Part shown: in pieces, positions 38,800 to 52,800 of the stretch
Layout of the letters: every line of letters starts with the position of its first letter
How positions within the stretch are numbered: the first letter of the stretch is position 1
Made by a program: the position numbers and the translations under genes
From: Octopus vulgaris
Taxonomy: Eukaryota
DNA length: 64,000 bases
Reading direction: 5' to 3'
NCBI GenBank assembly: GCA_951406725.2
Contig: OX597820.1
Location: 2,604,001-2,668,000 of the forward strand
The notes under the pieces: generated by a model
What the model saw: only the letters and a program-made list of their open reading frames with translations
Database searches by the model: none
Told to the model about the DNA's origin: nothing

Positions 38800-41700
38800 G
38801 TACGTATGGCTGTGTGGTTGTGTAGTTAAGTTCCTTTTGTAACTCTGTGGTTTCAGGTTACTAGACAAAATGTTTGGAAGTCCAGAATATGTGTGTGATA
38901 TTCACCATATTTGATGCTACAGGGGGCATGTTAAATGCACCCCAATCAACATAAAAGAAATGGTTTTAATGCATTAAAGTATGTAATACTTAAAGCAGTT
39001 TCATAAATGGAACATGGGGGGAATTTCTGAAACATTTACAACAATAAAAAAAAAAGACATCTTATCTGTCATCAAATATGGTAAGTTCATATAAGGAAGA
39101 TAATTTTCAAAAGGAACAGAACTCTGTAACCATTTGAGATCAGTGATATGAGTACCAGACATAGAAACTAGGTTGACATAATTGACCAAATCCGTTGAAG
39201 GTGACACCCCATAATGATCGAAACCAGTAAAATAATAAAAGAAAATATTCAAAAAATAACATACCTACAACCATATTTGAGGGCATAAGAGATGTACAGG
39301 AATATTAGATGCATCCATTTCAGCAGCGCATACTTAGAGAAAAAAGCTTTTGGTTTATCAAAGCTTTGAGAGACCCAACTTTACATTTAAGACCTGTGGT
39401 GATTTTTTTTTCTTGAGTAAAAATGTGCATCTTATATACCATCAAATACAGTAAGTCAATGAGTACTGAGTTAAATAGAGGATACCCAGGGGTAGCTTCC
39501 CCAATGCCTTCAGGGTAGGAGTCAAACTCAGTATTGTTGCAAGCTAATCAAATATTTCTTTGTTACTCAGCACCTTTGTTGCGTGTTTGTAGTGAGCAAA
39601 GAAGAACCATTTACAGTAAGTCGAGATATCCTGTTTCCCAGGCACAACACAAGGGTCAGAGACAGAATATCAACTGATGGCAGCCCTTTTTTTACTTGTA
39701 AACCCTGTCATAAAACCAGTGTTGACTTTCAGTATCACATGCACACAAATACATGAATCTGTGAGTTTGAGGCATAAAAAAAATCGGTTCAGAAATAAAT
39801 GCCCCATCGAGAAGAAGCTGACAGTGGAACCTGAGGCAGTTCTGCAGCTCATTAAGATCCTGTCAAACCGTCCAACCCATGCCTGCATGGAAAACAGATA
39901 TTGAATAATGATGATGATGATGATGGCGATGGATTTGTTGCCAAAGAATGTACTATTGAGTGAATTAGATTGCTCATTCCAGTTGAGTTTTGGTCTCTAC
40001 TTAACATAAACGGTTTCTTCAGGGGCCGAAAATGTAAGAACTTGTTTTCCAATGAATCTCCAAACAGAAACCAATCAAGAACAAACATTTCCCCACTCAA
40101 GGAGACACACAGACATTTGTTTACACTTCACAGTTAAAACTGTAGGTGCACCAACGACATATTTTCACAAGCACACGCGTGCACACACACACAAGGGCAA
40201 GTGGACAAATGAAAGCAAAAGGCCCTCAACACATTTAGTAGGCTTTACATACACTACTATTTAAAGCATTTTGATTCGGCTCCATGCGACTTAAAGTTTC
40301 ACAGGCTTCTTATTGAAACCTAGCTTATTGGGCTCAGATAGCTGAAAGAAGCCTATGACACTAAGATGCACAGATCAAATCAAACTGTTTTAAATAATAA
40401 TAATAATAATAATAATAAGAGCACTCAGAGAGCACAAAACCTCTGCCAGGGCAACACCAACGAACTCTCAAAATTTAGCCAGAGATGATTTTTAAAATGA
40501 GAATCTCTGAAATAATCTCGACTGCTCTCACAAACTAAAAATGAACCCGACTGCTCTCAAAAATTAAGTAAAAAAAAACAGGAAACATAATCCCGAATCC
40601 TTGTCTGGTACCGGATCGATCCCAGAATCTAATGAGTTTGTGCCAGTCACGAGGCCAAACATCCCTGAAAGTTTCATCTGAATCCATTGAACGGTTCTTG
40701 AGATATCTTGTCTCCACGGACAAACAAAGAAACATGACTGAAAACAATACCTCCACCGCCTTCGCTAAGGCAGAGGTAATAATATACATCCCCCACTACA
40801 CATATTACGTTTAGGCATTGCGAAATTAATAACCTGATGTAGAACTCAATATGCGTATGTTTCAGAATGAAGTGTCAGACGAGGACCGAGCAGTAATAAA
40901 AACATGAAATGACAAAAGAAACGGATGATTGTCTTACAGTTGTTTCTGCTTTAAAACCGCAGTGGACTCATAGTTGAGTGCTTGAATAACACCTTACAGC
41001 TTCATCAGAGCCTCAAATATATATGTTATTAGTGTTGCCTTGGCAGAGGTTTGCGCTCTCTGAGTGCTCTTGTCACTCCGAAAAGCTCTACCTGCGACGA
41101 TTTCATCTCAATCGAAGGGGAGGGGCTTTAAAGTACCAAGCTTTGAAAAAAGAGGTAAGTACTGGGGTGGATTTGTTCAACTAAAACCCTTCAAGGTGTT
41201 GCTCCAGCATGGCCGCCGTCAAATGACTGAAACAAGTAAAAAAAGAAAAATAAAGGATATGCAGGGAGGGCAAAGTGTGTGGGTCTGATCTGTTTCTCTC
41301 TCTCTTTCTCACTCCACCTGTTTGTCTGTTTGTCTGTCTGTCTGTCTCTCTCTCTCTCTCACTCATATAAAAGAGACTGCATGTGTGGCTGTGAGGTAAA
41401 AATATTGGACTGCCCCCAAATCCCCAGCCGCCCACCCCCAACCCACCCCATCCAAAGTGAGGAATGAAGCAGTCAACGTCAACGCCACTGGCTCAACCCA
41501 AACATTACTAATAAAACCAAATAAAACAAAAGATGGAACATGGACTGACACAGGTTCGCATTAGAATGCCAGGAATTAAGTTGATCAAATGTCTGTTCCT
41601 GAATCATCTTTACATCAGCAGGAACCTGCTCCGTTTGCAGTTTGGTGTTCTGCTGCTGCCAGAAATCGTGCTTCCGTTGATAATCTTTCAAATCATTCAA

Positions 41701-42135
41701 AGTGCGTTGCAATGACCTGCCAAGAGAAGACCGGAAAAGTAAGTTGGAAAATGTGGTTCTTTTACCAAAAATATTTAAAACAAAAAAAAGATTGTAAAAA
41801 AAAAAAAAATGATTACTGAGTGGTTGGCATTAGGAAGGGCTTCCAGCCATAGAAACCTTGCCAAATCAGATCGGACCTTGCTGCAGCACCCCTAGCTTAC
41901 TGGTTTTTAGTCAAACAGTTCAACCCATGCCAGCATGGAAAGTGGACATACGATGATGATGATGATTATATATATACATAGGCACAGGAGTGGCTGTGTA
42001 GTAAGTAGCTTGCTTACCAACCATACGGTTCTGGGTTCAGTCCCACTGCATGACACCTTGGGCAAGTGTCTTCTACTATAGACCAACCAAAGCGTTGTGG
42101 GTGGATTTGGTAGATGGAAACTGACAGAAGCTTGT

Positions 42136-42167
<32 letters not shown>

Positions 42168-44296
42168 AATATATGTATGTATATATATATATGTATGTAT
42201 ACATATATATATGTATATGTTTGTGTGTCTGTGTTTGTACCCAACTCCATTGCTTGACAACTGATATTGGTGTTTAGATACTACAAAAATAGATACGAAA
42301 AAACAAAATAGGTAGGTGTGTGTGGGCTCTGAAAGGGGTCATAGGGAGTAGAGTCCTTGCCTTCCTGAGCTAGTTTTCCACCACATTTCTTAATCACCGT
42401 GACAGAAGCCTTGGTCTCAGGACCACTCATGTCTAGAAACTGAGGTTGAGGGTAAGCAAGGGCATGCTCCTCATAGAAAATCCAGCTCCAGAAAATGCTT
42501 TATGACAGCAAAGGAGAAAGGGCACCAGCGCCAGCCCAAAGGTTGGGGTGAGCGGCACCTGCCTACCTCGGTTGCTATGGCATAGAGGAAGATCCGGCCC
42601 ACCCCCGTTAACAGAGATAAAACCAGCAAATATGGTAGTTAAAACTCCTTCTTGAGACACATAGACTCATAGGGCTGGTTTCCTGATTTATGTGGTGTAT
42701 ATATATTTATTTTCCCCTGGATAGGATGCCAAGCCATCACAGGAATACTCACTTTTGCCAACTGAGTAAACTGGAGCAACATAAAATGAAATGTTTTGCT
42801 CAAGAACACAATGCGTTGCCTGGTCTAGGAATTGAAACCACAATCTTATGGTTATGATTCCAATGCTTCCGGCAACTCCCCCGCATACCTCCACCCAAAT
42901 AGAGTAAATGAAAAGTCGAGACGCACCTATGCTGAGCCTCCAACGCACTTTCAAGCTTTGCATGGCAGAGGACGGCATGTTTTCGTTTTGCTGCTGCTTC
43001 AAATTCTGGCTGGATTTTCAAAGTATTTTCAAAACATATCACAGACTTATTGTACTCTCCCAGAACCTGTGAATTAGAAGTGAAGACGGTTCTTTCAGGA
43101 GGAAACAACGAACCAACTCAAAGAAGTTCATCACATAAAACAAACAATGATAAAAAAAAGTATAAAATTTGGTTTTTAAACCAATAAACAAACAAAATCA
43201 ATTTCCATTCTAGATGCAAGCATGGGTGTGTGGTTAAGAAATTCGTTTCCCAACTAGATGGTTCTGGGTTCAATCCTACTGTGTGACACCTTGTGCAAAT
43301 GTCTCCTACTATAGCCTTGGACCAACCAAAGCCTTTTCAGTGGATGTTGGAGACCAGCGTTTTTCAAACTTTTTTTGTCACAACCCATTTATTTCGTAAT
43401 CCACTGAAGGGATCGGGACCCACAGTTCGAAAAAGGCTGGTTTATAATCTGCACTTTGCACCCCGCCCTTGCGTTTTTTCCTTTCCTTCTTTTTTGTTAC
43501 GTCCCATTTTATTTATCTTGTGACCCAGTTTGAAAAACGTTGTGGTAGATGGAAGCTGGAAAAGGGTCTGCTGTATACATACACAATCACGTGTGTGTGT
43601 GTGTGTGTGAGCTGTGCGAGCTGGTGTGTGTGTGTGTGTGTCTTTGCCTTGACATTGTGTGACAGCCGTAAATGAAAATCACAGTCATACAGTGATGTCC
43701 TTTGCTTCCAATATTCTATGAGAAAATGTCTGGCCATGAGTAAATATGACCTTGCCTCTGACTTGTGGAAGCAGGCAAGGTTATGATGATGAATTATAAT
43801 TCAATATCAAAATAATAAGCAGTATGACTAAAAAAGTCGTACAAGTAGGACCAGTTGGATTACACACTAGTCATGATAATGGACATACTACGTAGAGTTG
43901 AAATAAACACTTGTGTACTATACAGACATACTTCATCATCATAATCATTGTACGTCTGTGTTCCCTGCTAGCATGGGTGAAACGGTACCACAAGAGCCGG
44001 CTAGGCCGAAGCCTGCACCACACTTCTGTGACTGTTTTGGCTGGATTTTGACAGCTGCCCGACCTTCCTAACACCAACCACCCAGCAGATTGGACCACTT
44101 GGATTCTTTTATTTGCTTCAGTTATTTGATTGCCATCATGCTGGAGCACTGCTTTTAGTCAAGCAAATCAGCCCCAGGACTAATTCTTTGTAAACCTAGT
44201 ACTTATTCCACCGGTCTCTTTTGCCAAACCGCTAAGTTATGGGGATATAAACACACCAACATTGGTTGTCAAGCGATGGTGAGGAGACAAATACAA

Positions 44297-44344
<48 letters not shown>

Positions 44345-46013
44345 CGGGCTTCTTTCAGTTTCCATCTACCAAATCCACTCACAAGGCTTTGGTCAGCCCG
44401 AGGCCATAGTAGAAGACACTTGCCCACAGTGGGACTGGACCCAGAACCATGTGGTTGGTAAGCAAGCTACTTACCACACAGCCACTCCTGGCTAATTTAT
44501 TGTAGATCCATGTTGGTGCTACGTGTAAGGCAGCCATGCTAAGGCAATGTAACAAGCACTGGTGCTGGTGCCCCGTAAAAAGCATCCAGTACACTCTGTA
44601 AAGTGGTTGGCATTAAGGGCATCCAGCCACATCCAGCCACAACAGACAAATGGAATCTGGAGCAGCTCCTCTCACCTAATCCAGTCATTCCCAAACTTTT
44701 TCAGGCTGCTACCCACCCCCTTGACACTTGAGCCACATTCCCAGCCCCACCCCTGCTCAGCATCTCAAACGGAGACCATTTTCTGCAACAAATTCAAAAC
44801 ATCAGTATTTCACAAATAAAACTTAACCTAATTAACCCATTCTTTTGGGGATGGGGGTAGGTTACATCCATCCCCCCCTTTTGGCCATCCTATTATTGCT
44901 CCACTTTTCTTCAATGCCCCTCTTGATCTTTCCACTGCCCACGGAGGGGAGGGGGGGCAGTACCGCCCACTTTAGGAACCACTGATCTAACTCATGCCAG
45001 CATGAAAAACAGACATACCTTTTATCTTTTACCTGTGGCCATGCTGGGGCACTGCCTTGAATTTTTAGTCAAATGAATCGACCCCAGTTCTTATTTTTTA
45101 AGCCTGGTACTTACTCTGTCAGTATCTTTTGGTGAACTGCTAAGTTACGGGAATGTAAACACACCAACACCTGTTGTCATGGAGTGATGGGTAGATAAAC
45201 ACAGACACACATACCTGGCTTCTTTTAGTTTCTGCCTGCAAAATCCACTCAGAAGGCTTTGATCAGCCCGGGGCTATAGTATAAGTGCCCAAGGTGTCGC
45301 ACAGTGGGACTGAACCCAGAACCACATGGCTGGGAAGAAAGTGGCATGTGAAAAAACAACATTTGAGCGTGGTCGTTGCCAGTGCTGCCAGACTGGCTCC
45401 CGTGCAGGTGGCACTTAAAAGCACCCACTACACTCGCGGAGTGATCAATGTTAGGAAGGGCATCCAGCTGTAGAAACTCTGCCAGATTGGATTGGAGCCT
45501 GGTGAGGCCTCCTGGCTTGCCAGTCCTCAGTCAAACCATCCAACCCATGCCAGCATGGAACGCAGATGTTAAACGACGATGATGATAACGATGACGATAA
45601 TATATACCTGCTATAATGAAGCCATAGCACAGATCCCTAGATCTAACCTTAGCAGAGATCTTGGAACCTAAAGGTGGACCTACTACAGAACTTACCTATT
45701 CGATACAGCATACCTATTCAATTAGATCACAAGTGAACTAAACTCTTCATATTCAAATATACAAATATATATATATATAGGTGAGAAAGTTGGTTTGTGA
45801 AAGCATGTGGTTGGATGTTTAAAAAATAAAAAAGAGTGAAAAAACTACAGAAGGCTTGTGTTATAAGGTTAAAGAATATATTTAAGTCGTTATGTTAGAA
45901 AAATGTTATAAAATTTTGTGTATAGTAACAACATTTTTCTAACATAACGACTTAAATATATTCTTTAACCTTATAACACAAGCCTTCTGTAGTTTTTTCA
46001 CTCTTTGTTATTT

Positions 46014-46047
<34 letters not shown>

Positions 46048-47921
46048 TATCCATGGGTGTGTGTGTGTGTGTGTATGTCACTGTGTACATGTTTGTCCGT
46101 CACAACCAGTTGATAACCGGAGGCTGAAATAATAAGCACCAGGCTTTTAAGAAAAGAAGTACTGGAGTTGATTCCTTCAACTGAAGTCCCTTCAAGGCAG
46201 TGATGCCCCAGCATGGCCACAGTCCAATGACTGAAACAAGTAAAAGATAGAAAGATAATATATAACAAGGTACTGTTGTTGGCAAGATACCAATCCAAGT
46301 GATAGCAAGTTTCCTGCATCTCTTTCAACAGACAACATCAGACTTACAAGAATTATGAAGGGACAAACAATACAGAAAGTGAATCATGAGGAGATGAGCA
46401 AATCTGTCAGAGCTTACCGCGTAGATGTTACCCAGAGTGAAGTGGTTAACGTTTAACTCCTTTGAGACATCAAGAGCTGCATGTACAACAATAGCTGCCT
46501 CATTAGAATAACGGGCCCTGTGCAGGACGTTAGCCAAACTAATCAGAGCCACATCCTTCTGCATCCTGCAACAAATAAAAATAAGAAATAAGTGTTACCG
46601 GTGAGTGTGTTACATTATAAGACACTAAAAGAGGATGGCTCTCCCCAGACACAACAGAAAATGCTTCAACACACGAACTCACATAAAGAATCTTGCAAAC
46701 CAAATCTCAAAACAAAATATATGTGAAGTGGTACAAAGGATTGGATAGGGTGAATAAGTCCGTGGGGGAGGGAATAGAGGAGAATGTCGTGAGTGGTGAA
46801 CGTGGGTAGAGAGAAGGGGTGTTAGGGAGAGACTTATCAGGGGTAGATTGAGTGTAGGGACAGAGAGACGAATATCTCTTTAGGGCCTCAATTTTACTCA
46901 GTTTAGCAATTTAAGGTGTTGTCTCCCCTTTGATGATCAACATCTGAAAGTCATTTTTTTTTTCTTCACTACTTTGTCCCACATCGTCGTGGGTCTTCTT
47001 TTTCCACAGGTTCCATCCACACTTAAAGATCAGCCCTTATTTTAAGCAGCTGTCCTCATCCATACACAACACATGACCTTACCAGTACAGTTTTCTCCAT
47101 TGCACGCTACATCTGATGGCTCTTATGCCCAGTTTTTCTCTCAACATTTTGTCATACAGACACAGTGAGCCCATTGGCTTCATCTCCTTCAAGCCCCCTT
47201 CAAATAAAACTGTGAACCAACTGAAGTGAGTTACCGAGTAAATATCGAGGAGTTTACTTACCTTGGAGAATAATGCAAAGCCCTGCGTAGACATTCAATA
47301 ACTTGGTAGGAATCTCCCTTGATACGCCAGTAAAATGCTGCCATGTTGAATAGAACCCAGGACGTTTTGTTCTGGAAACAATTTAAACAGATGTCAATAA
47401 AATCTACAAACTATTTATCTTTTACTTGTTTCTGTCATGAGACTGCAACCATGCTGGAGCACCACCTTCAAGACCCCACTACTTATTTTTCAAAGCCTGG
47501 TACTTATTCTATTGGTCTCTTTTACTGAAAGGCTAAGTTACAGGGATGTAAATATACCAACACTGGTTGCCAAACACTAGTGGGAGACAGACAAACAGAC
47601 ACAAACATATATATATATATATAAAAAGCACCCACTACACTCACGGAGTGGTTGGCGTTAGGAAGGGCATCCAGCTGTAGAAACACTGCCAGATCAGACT
47701 GGAGCCTGGAGCAGCCCCTGGCTCCCCAGACCCCGGTCGAACCGTCCAACCCGTGCTAGCGCGGAAAACGGACGTTAAACGATGATGATGATGATGATGA
47801 TGATATATAAATATTAAAAATGGGGAAGGCTAGTTTATGGGATTACCTTAGGTTTCCTGTCCCTAAAAGGTTTACCTTTATGGTGTATCATCAGATCCCA
47901 AAAGCCTGTTGGCTCATGACC

Positions 47922-47960
<39 letters not shown>

Positions 47961-49839
47961 TGCAGGAGTGGCTGTGTGGTAAGTAGCTTGCTTACCAACC
48001 ACATGGTTCTGGGTTCAGTCTCACTGCATGGCACCTTGGGCAAGTGTCTTCTACAATAGCCTCGGGCTGACCAAAGCCTTTTGAGTGGATTTGGTAGACG
48101 GAAACTGAAATATATATATGTGTTTGTTCCCCCAACATCACTTGACAACCATTGTCCACGTAACTTTGCGGTTCGGCAAAACAGACCGATAGAATAAGTA
48201 CTAGGCTTACAAAGAATAAGTCCTGGGGTCGATTTTCTCGACTAAAGCTGGTGCTCCAGTATGGCCGCAGTCACATGACTGAAACAAGTAAAAGAGTAAA
48301 AGAATATACATCTATATATATGTACATACACACACCAACACATATACACAACAGGCTTCTCTCAATTTCCATCTACCAAATCCACTCACAAGGGTTTTGG
48401 TCAGCCCAGGATTATAGAAGAAGACACATGCCCAAGGTGTCACGGAGTGGGACTGAACCTGGAACCATGTGGTTGAGAAGTGTACCTCTTACCACACAGC
48501 TGTGCCAACCCCTATTCAAATACATATAAATCACACCTGTCACTAATCTTTCAAGTCTAAGTCGTAAAAGTGACCCCTGTTTTAATACAAGGTGTTTGTT
48601 GTTCAGCTTCAAACCAACCCTGATCAAACAGAACTGGGATTGAAGGCATCCCATTCATGGCCATCCAGTCTTCTTTTCCAGGAATAATCTATCAAAGATT
48701 ACATTTTTCAATGTAAGTATGGTTTGAGGGTGATTTGGCTGCTATTTCCAGAAAGCTGCGTGACCATATAGAGCCTCCCTCATTGGCTCACCATTCACCA
48801 AAATATAGAAGTGGTTAGATAATGAATTCCAAGTGCATCTGATCACCACCATTTTATCTTCCTTTTATCATCATTTAACATTTATCTTCCATGATGGCAT
48901 GGATGGACTGTCTAATGGGAGCAAGCAAGCTGGAGAGCTGCACCAGGCTCCATTGTCCACTGTGGCATGGTTTCATGATTTCTACAGTTGGATGTCCTTT
49001 ATAAGAGAAACCACTTTATAGTGGTGAACTGGGCGTCTTTTTTTTGTGCCACCGGCATGAGTGAGGTGACCCAGTGGCTTGCAAGATGAGAAAAGAACAG
49101 GAGCTGTGACCCCTCAACACGGAGAAGTAACAGCCAGACCCGGAGAGACTCTCTGATCTCCAAACTAAGCATGCTGTCAAGTGAAGTCACTCCAGAGATT
49201 CTTCAGAGACAGTTCTTTCCCAACAACCATGACCAAAGAATAATTAATTTCCTATATGTGAACTGGCAAGCCAAGTGAGACCGTAACCATGGCTTCTGCC
49301 AGTGTAGTGTAATCGGCCCATTTAAGAGTACCCTTCAATCATTGGGCAATAAACTGTGCCTGCGAAGACCTGTTGAGTCAAGTGAAATCAGTGTCATGGC
49401 CGATGCCAGTACTGCCTGGCTGGCACATAAAAAGCACCATTCAAGCGTGATCGATGCCAGTGCCACCTGACTGGTCCTCATGGTGGTGGCACATCAAAAG
49501 CACCTACTACACTCTTGGAATGGTTGGCGTAAGAAAGGGCATCCAGCTGTAGAAGCCTTGCCAGATCAGACTGGAACCTGATGCAGCCTTCTGGCTAGCC
49601 AGCCCTCAGTCAAACTGTCCAACCCATGCCAGCATGAAAAGCAGACGTTAAATAATGATGATGATGATGATTTCCAATGAAAGTCAAAAGCTGTTCTTAT
49701 TTGCTCACCTTCTTCATAGCTTCATAGATCAGGTTTCCGTAATCATCGACATTATCTCGATGAGGAATAGCATTCTTCAGACCAAGTTCAGCAGTACCAG
49801 AAAGATTCTTTCTTGCTTTCATGCCCTGTGGAGAAACAC

Positions 49840-49879
<40 letters not shown>

Positions 49880-52800
49880 TGTAATAATCAAGAGCGTTTT
49901 ATATCAGTGATTCTGAACATTTTTAATTTCCAAGCCAGATCCAAACCTGCATCAAAAAAAAGTAAAACACAGGTCAATTAAAAAAAAAATTCATTATAAG
50001 CATCATCCATACGTAGTTGATGCCAGTGACCCCTGACTGGCTCCTGTGCTGGTGATTCAAAACGTCCAACCCATGCCAGTATGGAAAACGGAGGTTAAAC
50101 AATGATGATGATTTATAGAGGGAAGACTGTCAGAGGCCACCAAAAGGATGCTTGAGGACTGCAAGTACCCTTAGGGGCTGCAGCTGAGAACTGCTATTTT
50201 ATATAGATTATATTTACCAAATTTGATATCAGATAAGACACAATTTTTTCCCCGCAAAAATGCCTGGGAAAAGAACATGTCAGGACCTATGTCCTCCTCA
50301 GCTGGGCCAAGATTGCTTTAAATGCCACATCCTTTAACCCTTTCGTTACCAAACTGCCCAAAGCCGCCCGAAAAAAATTTTGGTTAATGTGACCAAACAG
50401 CCCAAAGCCGCCCGAATTTACCTATTCATATTTAAATGAGAATATCAGAGCAAATCTCTTTAGTACATTCATGAAAACACGTATTATACTTCGTAAACAG
50501 TTCATCTACAGATTTGTACAACGATTGAAGTGTAATTTTAATTCCGTGAATTTTGAGAGATTTTTTTTCCGAAATTTGTTCCTATTGTGTTTTCAAAATT
50601 TGTAATTCTGACAAAAAATGGATACGAATTTCATTATATCAAGCAGCGAGTCAGAATTCGAAGGATTTTCTACTGAAGACCTTCATAAATCTAACTCTGA
50701 AAAAAAAAGCACATGGTATTTGATAATGAATCTGATGTTTCATTTTCCGAAAGTGAAAACAGTGAATTCGAGAGCTCCGACAGCGATAAAGAAAATGAAT
50801 TGGCACCTGAATGGAGTGAAAATTTAAAAACTGTTTCTTTCGGTGATTTTTCTGAAGAAACTGGACCAAGCCACAGACTTTCCCAGAGGAGTAAAGCCTT
50901 AGACTATTTCTTTTTACTTTTTCGAATGAGCCTATTTGAAATCATTACGCTAAAATGTAAACAAAGCGAAAGAAAGGATAGTTTGTGGTTTCCCACAACC
51001 TTAAATGAAATTAAGGGCTATTTTGCCATAAATATTATTATGGGTATCAGAAAGTTACCCAGAATAACAAATTCTATCGTAAAATTTTGTTGTATACCCA
51101 ACTGAATATTAGCTAATAACCCATTTTCTATAGCGATGTTTGAACAAAATTTTAATAATTTTATATATTGTTGAATTTACCTGTATCTACCTGCAATTAG
51201 AGTCACTTTGTGACAAAAATTATAGTATAGAATTGGTTGAGAATATTTCATTAAATTATCTTCCAAAAATCAGATTAATATATCGATAAATAAAAAAGTT
51301 ATAGTTGTTTAATGAAACCAAACTAAATTTATGATTATGTTAGAAATTAATTGAAACACATAAGGGGTGTAATTTGGTTAGAAATATAGTAACAAAAGGG
51401 TTAAAGCACTCAAAACTTCTATCCTGAATATGTGATGCTGAAATCGAGGAATCTGATCTGTCTTTTATGCCATCAAATGCAATAATTATATTGATGGATT
51501 TTGTTAATGCAAATAGAAGTCACCTACAGCAGCTGCAACATGTGTTTTGAAAGGTTCCAGTCGTGTTTTTCTAACTCCAAAGTAAATTTCATTTTCAATA
51601 AGTTCATCAACAGAGGTGGGAAATACTAACGGAGTTGTGCAGATTCACCCAAACTGATGAGATTGATGCAAATGAGATCAGTTTGGTTATAGGTGCGTCA
51701 AAGTTTGGGTTCTAGAAAGAAATGACCAAGTGACCCAGCACAAAAAAGGGTTTCAGAAGAGAGTGGGGAGGGATGTGGGCAACAGGATTGTAAAGATGAT
51801 GCGGTTGACGGCGGGGGGGGGGGGGTTGTCCAGTGAAGGCACATGGTTTAATGTTTAGGATATTCAGCTCATATTTGTAAGGTCGTGAGTTCCATTTCTG
51901 GCAGCGGTTCATGTCCTTGAGCAAGACACTTTATTTCACTTTATTGCTCCAGTCCACTCAGCTGGCAAAAATTAGTTATACCCGTAATTCAAAGGGTCAA
52001 CCTTGTCACATTCTGTGCCACGTTGAATCTCCATGAGAGCTACGTTAAGGGTACACGTGTCTGTGGAGTGCTCGGCCACTTGCACGTTAACTTCACAAGC
52101 ATGCTCTTCTCTTCATTGGATCAACTGGAACCTTCATCGTCATAATGGACAGAGCCCCAGTTGGGCCTTCTTTTTCCTTTCCCTTTTTTTTCTTTTTTTT
52201 TTTCATTAATAGTCTCATAAGAATTTTTGCTTGTTTTCAAAGGGGGATAAGTTTATGAAATGTGTCAGTATTTCTCAGAGTTGTTAGTGACATAAATTAA
52301 GTCAAGTGCCTTCAAGTAAAATTCAAAACTGGGTCACAAACTCGATTCACTTAGAAATCACTTCTATTCTACTTAAACAGTCTAAAGCTAGACACATACA
52401 TATCTGTTTCTAAGGTAACCAGCTCAGCTGACATTGGTTGGAGGGGGGGGGGGAGTGAAAACTGACACTTGTACAACGTAGTACTTCAAACAAATGAATG
52501 GATGAAAACTGAACCACAAAAGGAGAGTCTGTGTACTTTGAGAAAGTACATGTGGTAGTGAAGATGATGAAATAACACTTAGATGCAAGGAGTGGGGGTC
52601 TCTGAGTCTTTGTTTTCTTCCTTCAAGTTCCTGTTATAAGCACAATGTTAGTATTGTCTTCAAACTGATCAAATACAAAAGAAATATATAAGACATATAG
52701 GTGCAGGCATGGCTGTGAGGCTTAGAAGCTGGCTTTGGAACCGTGTGGTTTCAGGTTCAATCTCAGGGTACAGCACTTTGGGAAAGTGTCTTCTACCATA

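Noticed and set aside
39852-40100. Minus-strand ORF as an extra TTC17 exon
   Set aside because: No convincing splice-site pair and no similarity; the exons ending at 41550 and starting at 22841 already join in frame.
50713-51105. Domesticated PGBD gene
   Set aside because: Only an N-terminal fragment lacking the catalytic DDD region, inside TIRs with TTAA duplications, and frameshifted in the second copy.
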